In this document: piece by piece, positions 1-8,167 of the stretch
How the letters are laid out: every line of letters starts with the position of its first letter
Numbering within the stretch: position 1 is the stretch's first letter
NCBI RefSeq assembly: GCF_000008465.1
Contig: NC_006512.1
Span: forward strand, 600,001 to 632,000
Source: Idiomarina loihiensis L2TR
Lineage (GTDB): Bacteria; Pseudomonadota; Gammaproteobacteria; Enterobacterales; Alteromonadaceae
Direction of reading: 5' to 3'
DNA length: 32,000 nt
Made by a program: the position numbers and the translations under genes
The notes under the pieces: model-generated
What the model was told of the DNA's origin: nothing
Database searches by the model: none
The model's input: only the letters and a program-made list of their open reading frames with translations

Positions 1-108
1 TTTCCGGGCGGCGATAAATTAACCCTGACTCAGGTTACCTGGATAGGCCGCGATTATTCTGCAAGCCGCAATGCGCGCGAAGAACAACAAGGGCAAGAAG
101 CGCAATGA
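1..108 (+). CDS. 3' end of an upstream ORF (partial). By position it may be another member of a yjbEFGH-type exopolysaccharide operon.
   Basis: Frame 1 is open from the window edge to TGA at 106-108. That stop overlaps the next start (ATGA at 105-108). Only about 35 codons are visible, so no family call is possible. Confidence 0.3.
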   Translation, partial: FPGGDKLTLTQVTWIGRDYSASRNAREEQQGQEAQ

Positions 109-2984
109 GAAAACCAATGAAACTGATGCTCCGGAACACGCTACTTATTAGTGCTTTGTTTTCACTGAACGCCGTTGCTCAACAAGCTAAGTATGAATTT
201 GAAGGCCCGGTGCGGTTGCAGCAAGTACTGAATGACGCTGAAAGCGAAGGCTTGTTAGCCGACGCATACTGGCCTTTAGTGAGGCTGGTTAAAACCGACG
301 ATAAAGCCGAAATAGAACAACAACGTAACCAGATACTGGCGCAACTGACCGAGCTGGAACAGTATTGGCAGTCGCGCAGAGAAACCGAAAAAGCGCAAAG
401 CGCCGCATTACTGAAAAGCCAGGTAAAAAGCTGGCAACTGGGTAAACAATTATGGGGGCAAATTAGCATTGAAAATGCCCGTACGGAATTAGCCAGCAAC
501 CCCTTACTGCCTGCGGGAGAATATAAGCTTTATGTACCTGAACGTCCGGACTCGGTGCACGTATATGGTGTTGTCAGTACCCCTGGTGATTACCGCTATG
601 CCAGTGGTAAAACCGTAGCCGACTGGCTGAACAGTATAGATGACAGCGAAGGGCTGGGGGCGGCCTATAATAAAAGCCAGGCCGTGCGTATTAGGCAAAA
701 CCAGCAACAAACAGCGGACTGGGCTTATTATAAACAAAGTGACGCCGAGCTTCTGCCCGGCGACATTCTCTGGTTAGGCTTTGAACCTAACCAGTTGCCG
801 CCTAAATTTGAAAGTTTAAATGCGGATATTCGTGACTTACTAATGCATTTTGTTGCTAATGAGTCTGAGCGTAATAGCTTAAACCTGCCAGTTCATGAAG
901 TTGAAAATAACCATGCCACTTCCAGTTGGCATTGGTCACGCAGAGACTTGTCGCCCAGTTATGGTGACTATGGCTCTGTCGGCTTGCTGCAAACGCCTAC
1001 CGCCCGTATGGCCGAAGAAGGGGCTTTGGCTATTACCTACAGCGACATGGAAGAATATCGCCGTTATACGGTAAACCTACAGTTGCTGCCCTGGTTGGAA
1101 ACTACCGCCTTTTATACCGAGTTTCCTAACCGTAAGTACAGTAATGTCCCTGACTTCAGTGGTGACAACGTTTTTGCGGACAAAGGTTTTGATATAAAAG
1201 CCCGTTTATGGGAAGAGAGTTATTGGGTACCGGAAGTGAGTGTGGGCTTTCGTGACTTTGTTGGTACCGGGCTTTTTGATGCCGAGTATATTGTAGCCAA
1301 TAAACGCTTTGGCCCTTTGGATGTGAGCTTAGGTGTAGGTTTTGGTCGCCTGGGTACACGTGATGATTTCACTAACCCCTTTTGCGAGCTGTCTGACGAG
1401 TACTGTGATCGTGAAACAGGTTATGGATCTGGCGGTGGTCAACTGGAGTATGATCGCTGGTTTACCGGTCCTGCTGCCTTATTTGGTGGGGTGGAGTACC
1501 ATACGCCCTGGGAGCCGCTGAGTTTAAAAGTTGAGTACGAAGGCAATGACTATTCTGACGAGCGCGCCGGAGTGCCTATTAAAGTCGACAGTCGCTGGAA
1601 CTTTGGTGCCAATTATCAGGTAACCGACTATTTTGACGTGCAACTGAGTTACGAGCGTGGCAACACCTTTATGTTTAACTTTAGCTTGCGCACTAACTTC
1701 GGCACGCTGAACCAAATAAAGGTAACGCCGGACAAAACCGTACCCACACCGGAAAAACGTAAAGAGTCGTTAGACGATGTGAACTGGTCAGCCATGAACC
1801 TGGCTATGCGTGAGCAGGGGGCTTTTAGTGCGGCGCGTTTTGCCGCAGAAGACGACGAAGTGACCCTATTTGCTTACCACTTGCGGTATCGCGACAGCAG
1901 CGAGGCTTATGACCGGGCTGCACGTATTATGGCGGCCGAGTTACCAGACAGTGTGAAAACCTACAACCTGGTGGATATGACGCTGTTTGATCCGAACGTG
2001 AATACCCGGGTGAATGCCGACAAATTTAAAGACCGCGTGCTGAATAAAGACCCGGGTAAAGCAGTGGATGAAACCGGCGACTTATTTGAGCGCATGGATT
2101 CTCCTGACATGCCTGCGGAAGGCGATGACAGCTGGATGCTGAACCCGAGAAACCAGTTTAGCAACCGTTTTGGTCTGAAGCCGTTTCTTGACCAGAGTTT
2201 TGGTAACCCGGAAACCTTCTATACTTACCAATTGGGTGTTTATGCCTTTGGCCGCCGGTGGCTAACCGATAATGTAGAGTTATTTGGCGAACTGGGCTTT
2301 AACATTGCCACCAACTACGACGACTTCTTGTTCTTAGACGGTGGGGAAGATGCACTGCCTGATGTACGTACGAATATTCGCCGTTATGTGCAAAATGACA
2401 TTTGGTTAGACTCTGCGCAGGTCACTTACCATAAACGTTTAGGCCAGGACTGGTTTGCTATGGCCTATGCCGGTTACTTAGAGCGCATGTTTGGTGGTGT
2501 CGGTGCCGAAGTACTTTACAAACCGGTAGACAGCCGCTGGGCCTTTGGGCTTAGAGCTAACCGGGTAAGGCAGCGTGACTTTAATGGCGGCAGCGGCTTC
2601 TTAGACTATGAAGTGACCACCGGCTTTGCCAGTGTGTATTACCAAATGCCGTGGTTGTCTGATTCGTTATTGCAATTAGACTTTGGTCAGTTTCTGGCGG
2701 GCGACAAAGGTGTTAACGTAACCATGCAAAAACGTTTCGATAGCGGCGTTATAGCAGGGGCTTATGCAGCCTTTACCGATGTTTCGTCGGAAGAATATGG
2801 CGAAGGCAGCTTTACCAAAGGCTTCTTCATTAGTATTCCGTTTGACTTAATGAGCATAAGACCGACACGGGAACGGGTTGGCTTTAGCTGGGTGCCGTTG
2901 TCTCGTAATGGTGGTCAGCAGTTACAACGCCGTACCCGTTTGTACGACTATACTGATGACAGAGCGCCGTTTTACAGCCGTTAA
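105..2984 (+). CDS. yjbH: YjbH-family outer-membrane exopolysaccharide protein with an N-terminal YjbG/GfcC-like domain (apparent fusion)
   Basis: 959-aa ORF with a signal peptide (MKLMLRNTLLISALFSLNAVAQQ). From about residue 285 it shows strings I remember from E. coli YjbH: GSVGLLQTPTARMAEEG, LLPWLETT, LFGGVEYHTPW, LSYERGNTFMF, EEYGEGSFTKG, PLSRNGGQQL. Residues about 30-265 resemble YjbG/GfcC: YWP.., GEYKLYVPERPDSVHVYGVVSTPGDY..GKTVADWL, PGDILWLGF, LNADIRDLL. Confidence 0.85.
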   Translation: MRKPMKLMLRNTLLISALFSLNAVAQQAKYEFEGPVRLQQVLNDAESEGLLADAYWPLVRLVKTDDKAEIEQQRNQILAQLTELEQYWQSRRETEKAQSAALLKSQVKSWQLGKQLWGQISIENARTELASNPLLPAGEYKLYVPERPDSVHVYGVVSTPGDYRYASGKTVADWLNSIDDSEGLGAAYNKSQAVRIRQNQQQTADWAYYKQSDAELLPGDILWLGFEPNQLPPKFESLNADIRDLLMHFVANESERNSLNLPVHEVENNHATSSWHWSRRDLSPSYGDYGSVGLLQTPTARMAEEGALAITYSDMEEYRRYTVNLQLLPWLETTAFYTEFPNRKYSNVPDFSGDNVFADKGFDIKARLWEESYWVPEVSVGFRDFVGTGLFDAEYIVANKRFGPLDVSLGVGFGRLGTRDDFTNPFCELSDEYCDRETGYGSGGGQLEYDRWFTGPAALFGGVEYHTPWEPLSLKVEYEGNDYSDERAGVPIKVDSRWNFGANYQVTDYFDVQLSYERGNTFMFNFSLRTNFGTLNQIKVTPDKTVPTPEKRKESLDDVNWSAMNLAMREQGAFSAARFAAEDDEVTLFAYHLRYRDSSEAYDRAARIMAAELPDSVKTYNLVDMTLFDPNVNTRVNADKFKDRVLNKDPGKAVDETGDLFERMDSPDMPAEGDDSWMLNPRNQFSNRFGLKPFLDQSFGNPETFYTYQLGVYAFGRRWLTDNVELFGELGFNIATNYDDFLFLDGGEDALPDVRTNIRRYVQNDIWLDSAQVTYHKRLGQDWFAMAYAGYLERMFGGVGAEVLYKPVDSRWAFGLRANRVRQRDFNGGSGFLDYEVTTGFASVYYQMPWLSDSLLQLDFGQFLAGDKGVNVTMQKRFDSGVIAGAYAAFTDVSSEEYGEGSFTKGFFISIPFDLMSIRPTRERVGFSWVPLSRNGGQQLQRRTRLYDYTDDRAPFYSR

Positions 2985-3006
2985 CTGAGTAAAAGGACAC
3001 AAAGCT

Positions 3007-4932
3007 TTGAATCTTTTTAAGGTACTAATGCAGTTACCGCGTAATGTTAAGCGCGGTATTGGCCTGGGCGTCGATATCTTGTCGATTGCTATTGCCATGG
3101 TGTTTTCGTACTTATTAAGTTTTGAAGCGGTAATGCCGTTGCGGGTGTCGCAGTGGTTATTGCTGGGGGCTATAGTCCTTTGCGTAACCTTGCTGGTGTT
3201 TATCCGCATGGGTTTGTACCGCGCAGTGGTGCGTTACGTTGGTTTTAAGGTACTGAGCCTGGTCTTTTTTACCGTGTTATTAAGCGGTGCCTTATTGGTG
3301 CTGGGTGCTTTATGGATGGGCATTGCTTTGCCGGTAACCGCCGTTGTTAACTATGTGCTGGTAGCCTTTTTATTGACTGGAGGCAGCCGTTTAATTGTGC
3401 GTGAAGGCTACCAGCGCGCTATGAGTCGCCAAAAAGACCGGGTGATGATTTATGGTGCAGGCTCTGCCGGACGGCAGTTAGCGCAGGCGCTGGCTAATGG
3501 TGACGAATTTCACCCGGTAATGTTTATTGACGACGATTCGGGTTTGCAGAATACCTCGGTACTGGGGCTAAAAGTAACCGGCCCCGAGGGTATTGCCTGT
3601 GCGGTTCGCGAGCTGGATGTTCAGCGCATTTTACTGGCTTTGCCCAGCACGCTGCGCTCGCGCCGTCGCCAAATTCTGGATAGCCTGGAGCAGTTGCCGG
3701 TAAAAGTACAAACCGTGCCGGGTATGTCTGACATGGTTAATGGCGATATGTCGATTGACCAGCTGCAGGATGTGCGGGTAGAAGACTTGCTAGGGCGTGA
3801 CCCTGTGACTCCGGCACCGCAGTTAATGGAAAAGCACATTACCGGACAAACCGTATTGGTTACCGGGGCAGGGGGCTCAATTGGTTCTGAATTGTGCCGC
3901 CAAATATTGCAACAACGCCCCAAGGTACTGGTGCTGTATGAGTTGTCTGAGTTTGCTTTGTACGCCATTGAACGCGAATTAACGCAAATTTGTCAGCATC
4001 AGGGCATTGGCGCGGAAATTATTCCGGTAATAGGTACGGTACAGCGACGCAACCGCATTGAAACCGTGCTGAAGACCTTTGCGGTTGATACCGTATACCA
4101 CGCCGCCGCCTATAAGCATGTGCCTTTAGTTGAATACAATATGGTAGAGGGCGTGCGCAACAATGTGTTTGGCACCTGGCATACAGCGGAAGCCGCCATT
4201 TCTGCCGGTGTTAAGCAGTTCGTGTTAATTTCCACCGACAAAGCCGTGCGACCCACCAATGTTATGGGCACCACCAAGCGCTTGTCGGAGCTGGTGCTGC
4301 AGGGGCTGGCGCAACGGCAGCGCGGAACGCGTTTTTCAATGGTGCGTTTTGGTAATGTACTGGGGTCTTCCGGTTCGGTTGTGCCTTTGTTTAAGGAGCA
4401 GATTGAACACGGCGGTCCGGTAACGGTAACGCACCCCGATATTACCCGCTTTTTTATGACCATACCCGAGGCTGCACAGTTAGTGATTCAGGCTGGCACC
4501 ATGGGGCATTCCGGCTCGGTGTTTGTGCTGGATATGGGCGACTCGGTTAAAATTGTCGATTTAGCCCGCAAGATGATCCGCCTGTCGGGGCTTGAAGAGA
4601 AAACCGAGAAGAACCCGCACGGTGACATTGCTATAGAGTTTAGTGGCTTGCGGCCGGGCGAGAAGTTATACGAAGAACTGTTAATTGGTGACAATGTAGA
4701 AGCCAGTGACCACCCGCGTATATTGCGTGCCAATGAGCAGTCGCTAAGCTGGGACGAAATGGAGAAACTGCTGGGGCTGTTGGATGACGCCTGCCAGCGG
4801 TTTGCCATTGACGAGCTGCGCCAGTTATTGCTGGACGCTCCAACCGGCTACGCCCCGCTGGACGACCATATTTGTGATGTTATTTGGAATAAACACCGCA
4901 CCTGTAGTGATGATGAAACCGACGTTGCCTGA
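3007..4932 (+). CDS. Membrane-anchored polysaccharide biosynthesis protein, nucleotide-sugar 4,6-dehydratase/epimerase (CapD/WbpM/PglF-like)
   Basis: 641-aa ORF with about 4 N-terminal hydrophobic helices followed by two Rossmann regions (IYGAGSAGRQLA; VTGAGGSIGSEL) and a YKHVPLVE motif typical of extended SDR dehydratases. The track start at 3007 is TTG. ATG at 3028 is an alternative start. Confidence 0.8.
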   Translation: MNLFKVLMQLPRNVKRGIGLGVDILSIAIAMVFSYLLSFEAVMPLRVSQWLLLGAIVLCVTLLVFIRMGLYRAVVRYVGFKVLSLVFFTVLLSGALLVLGALWMGIALPVTAVVNYVLVAFLLTGGSRLIVREGYQRAMSRQKDRVMIYGAGSAGRQLAQALANGDEFHPVMFIDDDSGLQNTSVLGLKVTGPEGIACAVRELDVQRILLALPSTLRSRRRQILDSLEQLPVKVQTVPGMSDMVNGDMSIDQLQDVRVEDLLGRDPVTPAPQLMEKHITGQTVLVTGAGGSIGSELCRQILQQRPKVLVLYELSEFALYAIERELTQICQHQGIGAEIIPVIGTVQRRNRIETVLKTFAVDTVYHAAAYKHVPLVEYNMVEGVRNNVFGTWHTAEAAISAGVKQFVLISTDKAVRPTNVMGTTKRLSELVLQGLAQRQRGTRFSMVRFGNVLGSSGSVVPLFKEQIEHGGPVTVTHPDITRFFMTIPEAAQLVIQAGTMGHSGSVFVLDMGDSVKIVDLARKMIRLSGLEEKTEKNPHGDIAIEFSGLRPGEKLYEELLIGDNVEASDHPRILRANEQSLSWDEMEKLLGLLDDACQRFAIDELRQLLLDAPTGYAPLDDHICDVIWNKHRTCSDDETDVA

Positions 4933-4939
4933 TGTATAA

Positions 4940-6421
4940 ATGGACGAAACAATGATAAAAAACGGACCTTACCTAGCTTTAGATACCAGCTACCAAAAGC
5001 TGTCAGTGGACGAACTGCTCGAAACCGCTGGCAAACGCTTACCCGAACACTTCGATGATTACCGCCAGCAATTGTGCCGCGGTGAATACCGCAACATAAG
5101 CGAAGACCGCCCGGTAACTCATGTGTTGAGCCGCTCGGTACACGCGGTAGCAAAACAAAGCAACCGTAAAACCCGCTTTGTGGATACCGTACAAAAGCTG
5201 CGCTCTGGCCGTCGGCTGGGCAGTACCGGAAAACCTATTACCGACGTGGTGAACATTGGTGTGGGCGGATCTGATCTGGGGCCGCAGATGGGCGCTTTTG
5301 CCCTGCGTGAATTTGCTAACGACGCCGCTTTACATAATTTGCAGGTACATTTTGTGTCCTCTATGGATGGTGGCCAGCTGTATGCCGTGTTGCCTATTGT
5401 TGACCCCGAAACCACCTTATTTATTATTTCGTCTAAGTCGTTTGGCACCGTAGATACCTTTGCCAATGTGGATACCGTACGCAAATGGATTGAGCCTGAG
5501 TTGACTCAGGAGCAGTGGCTGGAAAACCATGTAATAGGTGTGTCGGCTAATGCACAAGGTATGACGGACTACGGTATACCACCGGCGCAGCAGTTTACCT
5601 TTGGTGATGGCGTTGGCGGGCGTTTTTCCTTGTGGTCGGCGTTAGGTTTGAGCATAGCGTTAACCACTGGTATTCGACCCTTTGAGCGTATGCTGGAAGG
5701 CGCTAAAGCCATGGACGAGCACTTTTTAGATGCGCCGTTGAACGAGAACTTGCCGGTTTTGTTGGCGCTTTATGGTGTGTATAACCGCGAGCAACTGGGC
5801 ATTAATAACTTAGCTATTTTGCCGTACGACGGTCGCTTGCGTATGTTGCCGAACTACCTGCAGCAGCTGGATATGGAAAGTAACGGTAAGCAGTACACTG
5901 CCGAGAATGAGGCCATTGATTACCCCACCGGACCGATTATTTGGGGCGGTTTTGGACCTAACGGACAACACGCGTTTTTCCAGCATTTGCACCAGGGTTA
6001 TGACCAGTTTACTGCGGACTTTGTCACCGTGCTTAAACGTGAAGCGCCGGGCTTTTCTGATGCCACCCGCAGTGGTCTGGCCGAGCAGCAGCGTTTGGCT
6101 GTAGCCAACTGTCTGGCGCACCGCCGCCTAATGTCGGACGGCAGCGAAAATGCCGATTCACCCAGTGACCATTATCCGGGCGGGCACCCGTCCAACTTGT
6201 TGATAATGGACGAACTGACCCCCGAGAGCTTTGGCGCTTTAATAGCCGCCTACGAGCACAAAGTATTTACCCAGGGCGTTATTTGGGGCTTGAACAGCTT
6301 TGACCAGCCCGGCGTAGAGAAGGGCAAGAAAATTGCCATGGACGTACTGCGCGTACTGGACGGCGAAAGCGACGAGTCCTTCGACGAGAGCACCGACGCC
6401 GTTATTCAGCGGATGCGGTGA
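4940..6421 (+). CDS. pgi: Glucose-6-phosphate isomerase
   Basis: 493-aa ORF carrying phosphoglucose isomerase motifs (IGVGGSDLGP, FIISSKSFGT.ET, GGRFSLWSA.GL, LQQLDMESNGK, FGPNGQHAFFQ.LHQG). Confidence 0.85.
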   Translation: MDETMIKNGPYLALDTSYQKLSVDELLETAGKRLPEHFDDYRQQLCRGEYRNISEDRPVTHVLSRSVHAVAKQSNRKTRFVDTVQKLRSGRRLGSTGKPITDVVNIGVGGSDLGPQMGAFALREFANDAALHNLQVHFVSSMDGGQLYAVLPIVDPETTLFIISSKSFGTVDTFANVDTVRKWIEPELTQEQWLENHVIGVSANAQGMTDYGIPPAQQFTFGDGVGGRFSLWSALGLSIALTTGIRPFERMLEGAKAMDEHFLDAPLNENLPVLLALYGVYNREQLGINNLAILPYDGRLRMLPNYLQQLDMESNGKQYTAENEAIDYPTGPIIWGGFGPNGQHAFFQHLHQGYDQFTADFVTVLKREAPGFSDATRSGLAEQQRLAVANCLAHRRLMSDGSENADSPSDHYPGGHPSNLLIMDELTPESFGALIAAYEHKVFTQGVIWGLNSFDQPGVEKGKKIAMDVLRVLDGESDESFDESTDAVIQRMR

Positions 6422-6430
6422 TTTGGTGAT

Positions 6431-6486
6431 GTAGCCTGACATTTATGTCAGGTTCTGCACCCCACCTGACATAAATGTCAGGCTAC
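6431..6486. repeat. REPIN-like double palindrome, copy 1 (A-variant arm / A-variant arm)
   Basis: GTAGCCTGACATTTATGTCAGG, then a 12-nt spacer, then CCTGACATAAATGTCAGGCTAC. The two arms are reverse complements of each other, and each arm is itself a hairpin. Confidence 0.9.
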
Positions 6487-6493
6487 GTACATA

Positions 6494-6544
6494 TTGTAAC
6501 CGTATTCAGTTACAATTGATAATGTAACTATATTAAGTTACATT
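6494..6544. repeat. Left 51-bp inverted-repeat end of the two-gene cassette, made of two TGTAAC-N8-GTTACA palindromes
   Basis: Palindromes lie at 6494-6515 (TTGTAAC-cgtattca-GTTACAA) and 6521-6544 (AATGTAAC-tatattaa-GTTACATT). By hand alignment the whole 51 nt matches the reverse complement of 8003-8053 at 42/51 positions without gaps. An extra direct half-site, TTGATAGTGTAAC, is at 6544-6556. Confidence 0.8.
6516..6544 (+). promoter_or_regulatory. Possible sigma70 promoter of the cassette (TTGATA-17-TACATT) overlapped by a palindromic operator
   Basis: TTGATA is at 6516-6521 and TACATT at 6539-6544, with a 17-nt spacer, about 30 nt upstream of the ATG at 6573. The palindrome at 6521-6544 covers the spacer and the -10. 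This is a motif-level guess only. Confidence 0.3.
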
Positions 6545-6572
6545 TGATAGTGTAACTCTACGGGAAAACAAC

Positions 6573-7208
6573 ATGAAAAACTCTATGATTGGTGTAATAA
6601 CTGGCGATATCGTTAATTCGCGGCAAATTCCTGTTGAGGAATACGATAGTATGCTTTATCGGCTGCACCAGACGCTTGAGTCCTTTAGTGAGCGTTATCA
6701 GATGCATTTTGATGTATTTCGTGGCGACGAGTTTCAATTACTGTTAAAGCGGCCTGAAAAAGTCATCTATTTAGCAACAATTATTCGTTTATCGCTTAAA
6801 TCGGGCTCCACCAACATTGATGTCCGACAGAGTTTGTCTGTAGGTGACAGTAACGAATTGCGAGATGACGTGAAGAGTTCTACCGGAGAGGCTTTCGTTT
6901 TATCAGGGCAGAACTTAAATAAAATGAAATCTGAGTTATTAATCTTTGACTCTACAATCGAACTCCTCAAACATCACCTCGGGTCGACCATTGAATTACT
7001 GGATGCACATTTAAGTTCTATAACAAAAACAGAAGCTTACGTATTGATTAATTACCTGGGGGACCCCGAAGTTTCGCATGCTGAACTGGCGAAAGAGATA
7101 GGTAAAAGTAGACCTAATACGACAAAGATGCTGAATTCAGCTCGTTACAATAGCGTTTTGAAGTACTTGTACTATGCCGAGAACCTGATAATAGAGGCTC
7201 GGGGATAA
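6573..7208 (+). CDS. SatD-like protein with an N-terminal palm (nucleotidyl cyclase/GGDEF-like) domain and a C-terminal helix-turn-helix
   Basis: 211-aa ORF. The N-terminus has GVITGDIVNSR (a strand plus acidic residue, as in class III cyclases/GGDEF) and HFDVFRGDEFQLLL (a GGDEF-like hairpin). The C-terminus has SHAELAKEIGKSRPNTTKMLNSA, an HTH-like stretch. Pairing with a DUF3307-like gene fits the satD/satC arrangement as I remember it. Confidence 0.6.
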   Translation: MKNSMIGVITGDIVNSRQIPVEEYDSMLYRLHQTLESFSERYQMHFDVFRGDEFQLLLKRPEKVIYLATIIRLSLKSGSTNIDVRQSLSVGDSNELRDDVKSSTGEAFVLSGQNLNKMKSELLIFDSTIELLKHHLGSTIELLDAHLSSITKTEAYVLINYLGDPEVSHAELAKEIGKSRPNTTKMLNSARYNSVLKYLYYAENLIIEARG

Positions 7209-7209
7209 A

Positions 7210-8013
7210 ATGAATGACTATTTAATTTTGATGCTGTTACTGCTGGCGCACATAGCCGGTGATTTTTATTGTCAGCCGGATTATTTGGTTGGTAAAAAGT
7301 TATCATCAAGCTTCCGAAAGCGACTGTATGCTAACGCGATTCATGCTTTTATTCATGCTGGCTTGGTCGTGCTTCTGCTGTTGATACCGAAAATGTCTTG
7401 GGATGATTTATTGGTAACGACAGCTGTTATAGGCGTGACTCATTTTATTATCGATTCACTTAAGTCAGTAGCTGTTATCAAATGGGTTGATACTTGGGAA
7501 GAAAACGAACAGCCGGAGGAGGGTAGTAAACCAAGGAAAAGGAACCGTGCTTTTTATTGGTTCGTATTAGATCAACTGGCTCATTTGAGCGTTATAATTC
7601 TAATTTGGCTTGGGTTATTCCAACCTTTTTCCTCTATTGTCGAATATTTGTCAGTTGAATACCTTGTTGTTGTCATTTCTTATCTTCTTGTTTTGAAGCC
7701 GACCTCTGTATTAGTCAGTCTTATTTTAAAATTGTGCGAGACGCGAGAGAAAAAAGATAGAACTCTGGATGAGGCTGGTGCGGTCATTGGCTATATAGAA
7801 CGTTTGGTTATCCTTACTCTGATATTAGTCGGGCAATATACCGCAATTGGTTTTGTGATAGCTGCTAAGTCGGTATTGCGCTTCGGCGAGAATAAAGGGA
7901 AGGACACGAAGCTAAATGAATATGTGCTTCTGGGGACCTTGGCAAGTTTTGCTATAGTTTTATTTGTCGGCATTGCTACCACTGAAGTATTAGAAATACT
8001 TAAATGTAACTAA
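7210..8013 (+). CDS. Polytopic membrane protein, DUF3307 (SatC)-like
   Basis: 267-aa ORF that starts 1 nt after the upstream stop, suggesting translational coupling. It has about seven hydrophobic segments. His/Asp motifs sit within the helices (LLLAHIAGDFYCQ, IHAFIHAG, VTHFIIDS, LDQLAHL). A highly charged loop reads EENEQPEEGSKPRKRNR. Confidence 0.6.
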   Translation: MNDYLILMLLLLAHIAGDFYCQPDYLVGKKLSSSFRKRLYANAIHAFIHAGLVVLLLLIPKMSWDDLLVTTAVIGVTHFIIDSLKSVAVIKWVDTWEENEQPEEGSKPRKRNRAFYWFVLDQLAHLSVIILIWLGLFQPFSSIVEYLSVEYLVVVISYLLVLKPTSVLVSLILKLCETREKKDRTLDEAGAVIGYIERLVILTLILVGQYTAIGFVIAAKSVLRFGENKGKDTKLNEYVLLGTLASFAIVLFVGIATTEVLEILKCN

Positions 8014-8053
8014 ATATGGTTACGTTACCACTTGTAACCGAATACAGTTACTT
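8003..8053. repeat. Right 51-bp inverted-repeat end of the cassette
   Basis: Palindromes lie at 8003-8026 (AATGTAAC-taaatatg-GTTACGTT, overlapping the stop codon at 8011-8013) and 8032-8053 (TTGTAAC-cgaataca-GTTACTT). The reverse complement aligns 42/51 with 6494-6544. Confidence 0.8.
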
Positions 8054-8056
8054 TGG

Positions 8057-8072
8057 AACCAAGCGCTTGGTT
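8057..8072. repeat. Perfect 16-bp palindrome AACCAAGCGCTTGGTT
   Basis: Read directly from the sequence. It lies between the cassette's right end and REPIN copy 2. No T-tract follows, so it is at best a weak terminator. Confidence 0.6.
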
Positions 8073-8074
8073 AT

Positions 8075-8130
8075 GTAGCCTGACGTTTACGTCAGGTTCG
8101 ATATCCCACCTGACATAAATGTCAGGCTAC
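8075..8130. repeat. REPIN-like double palindrome, copy 2 (G-variant arm / A-variant arm)
   Basis: GTAGCCTGACGTTTACGTCAGG, then a 12-nt spacer, then CCTGACATAAATGTCAGGCTAC. The left arm (8075-8096) is identical to the reconstructed empty IS target. Confidence 0.9.
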
Positions 8131-8167
8131 GCAAGCCTTGTAACTGAATAGAACAACGGAATGACTC

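Noticed and set aside
8091-8112. tRNA-like T-loop string (GGTTCGATATCC) in the spacer of REPIN copy 2
   Set aside because: There is no acceptor, D or anticodon arm around it. It is just the REPIN arm end plus spacer, and other REPIN spacers lack it.
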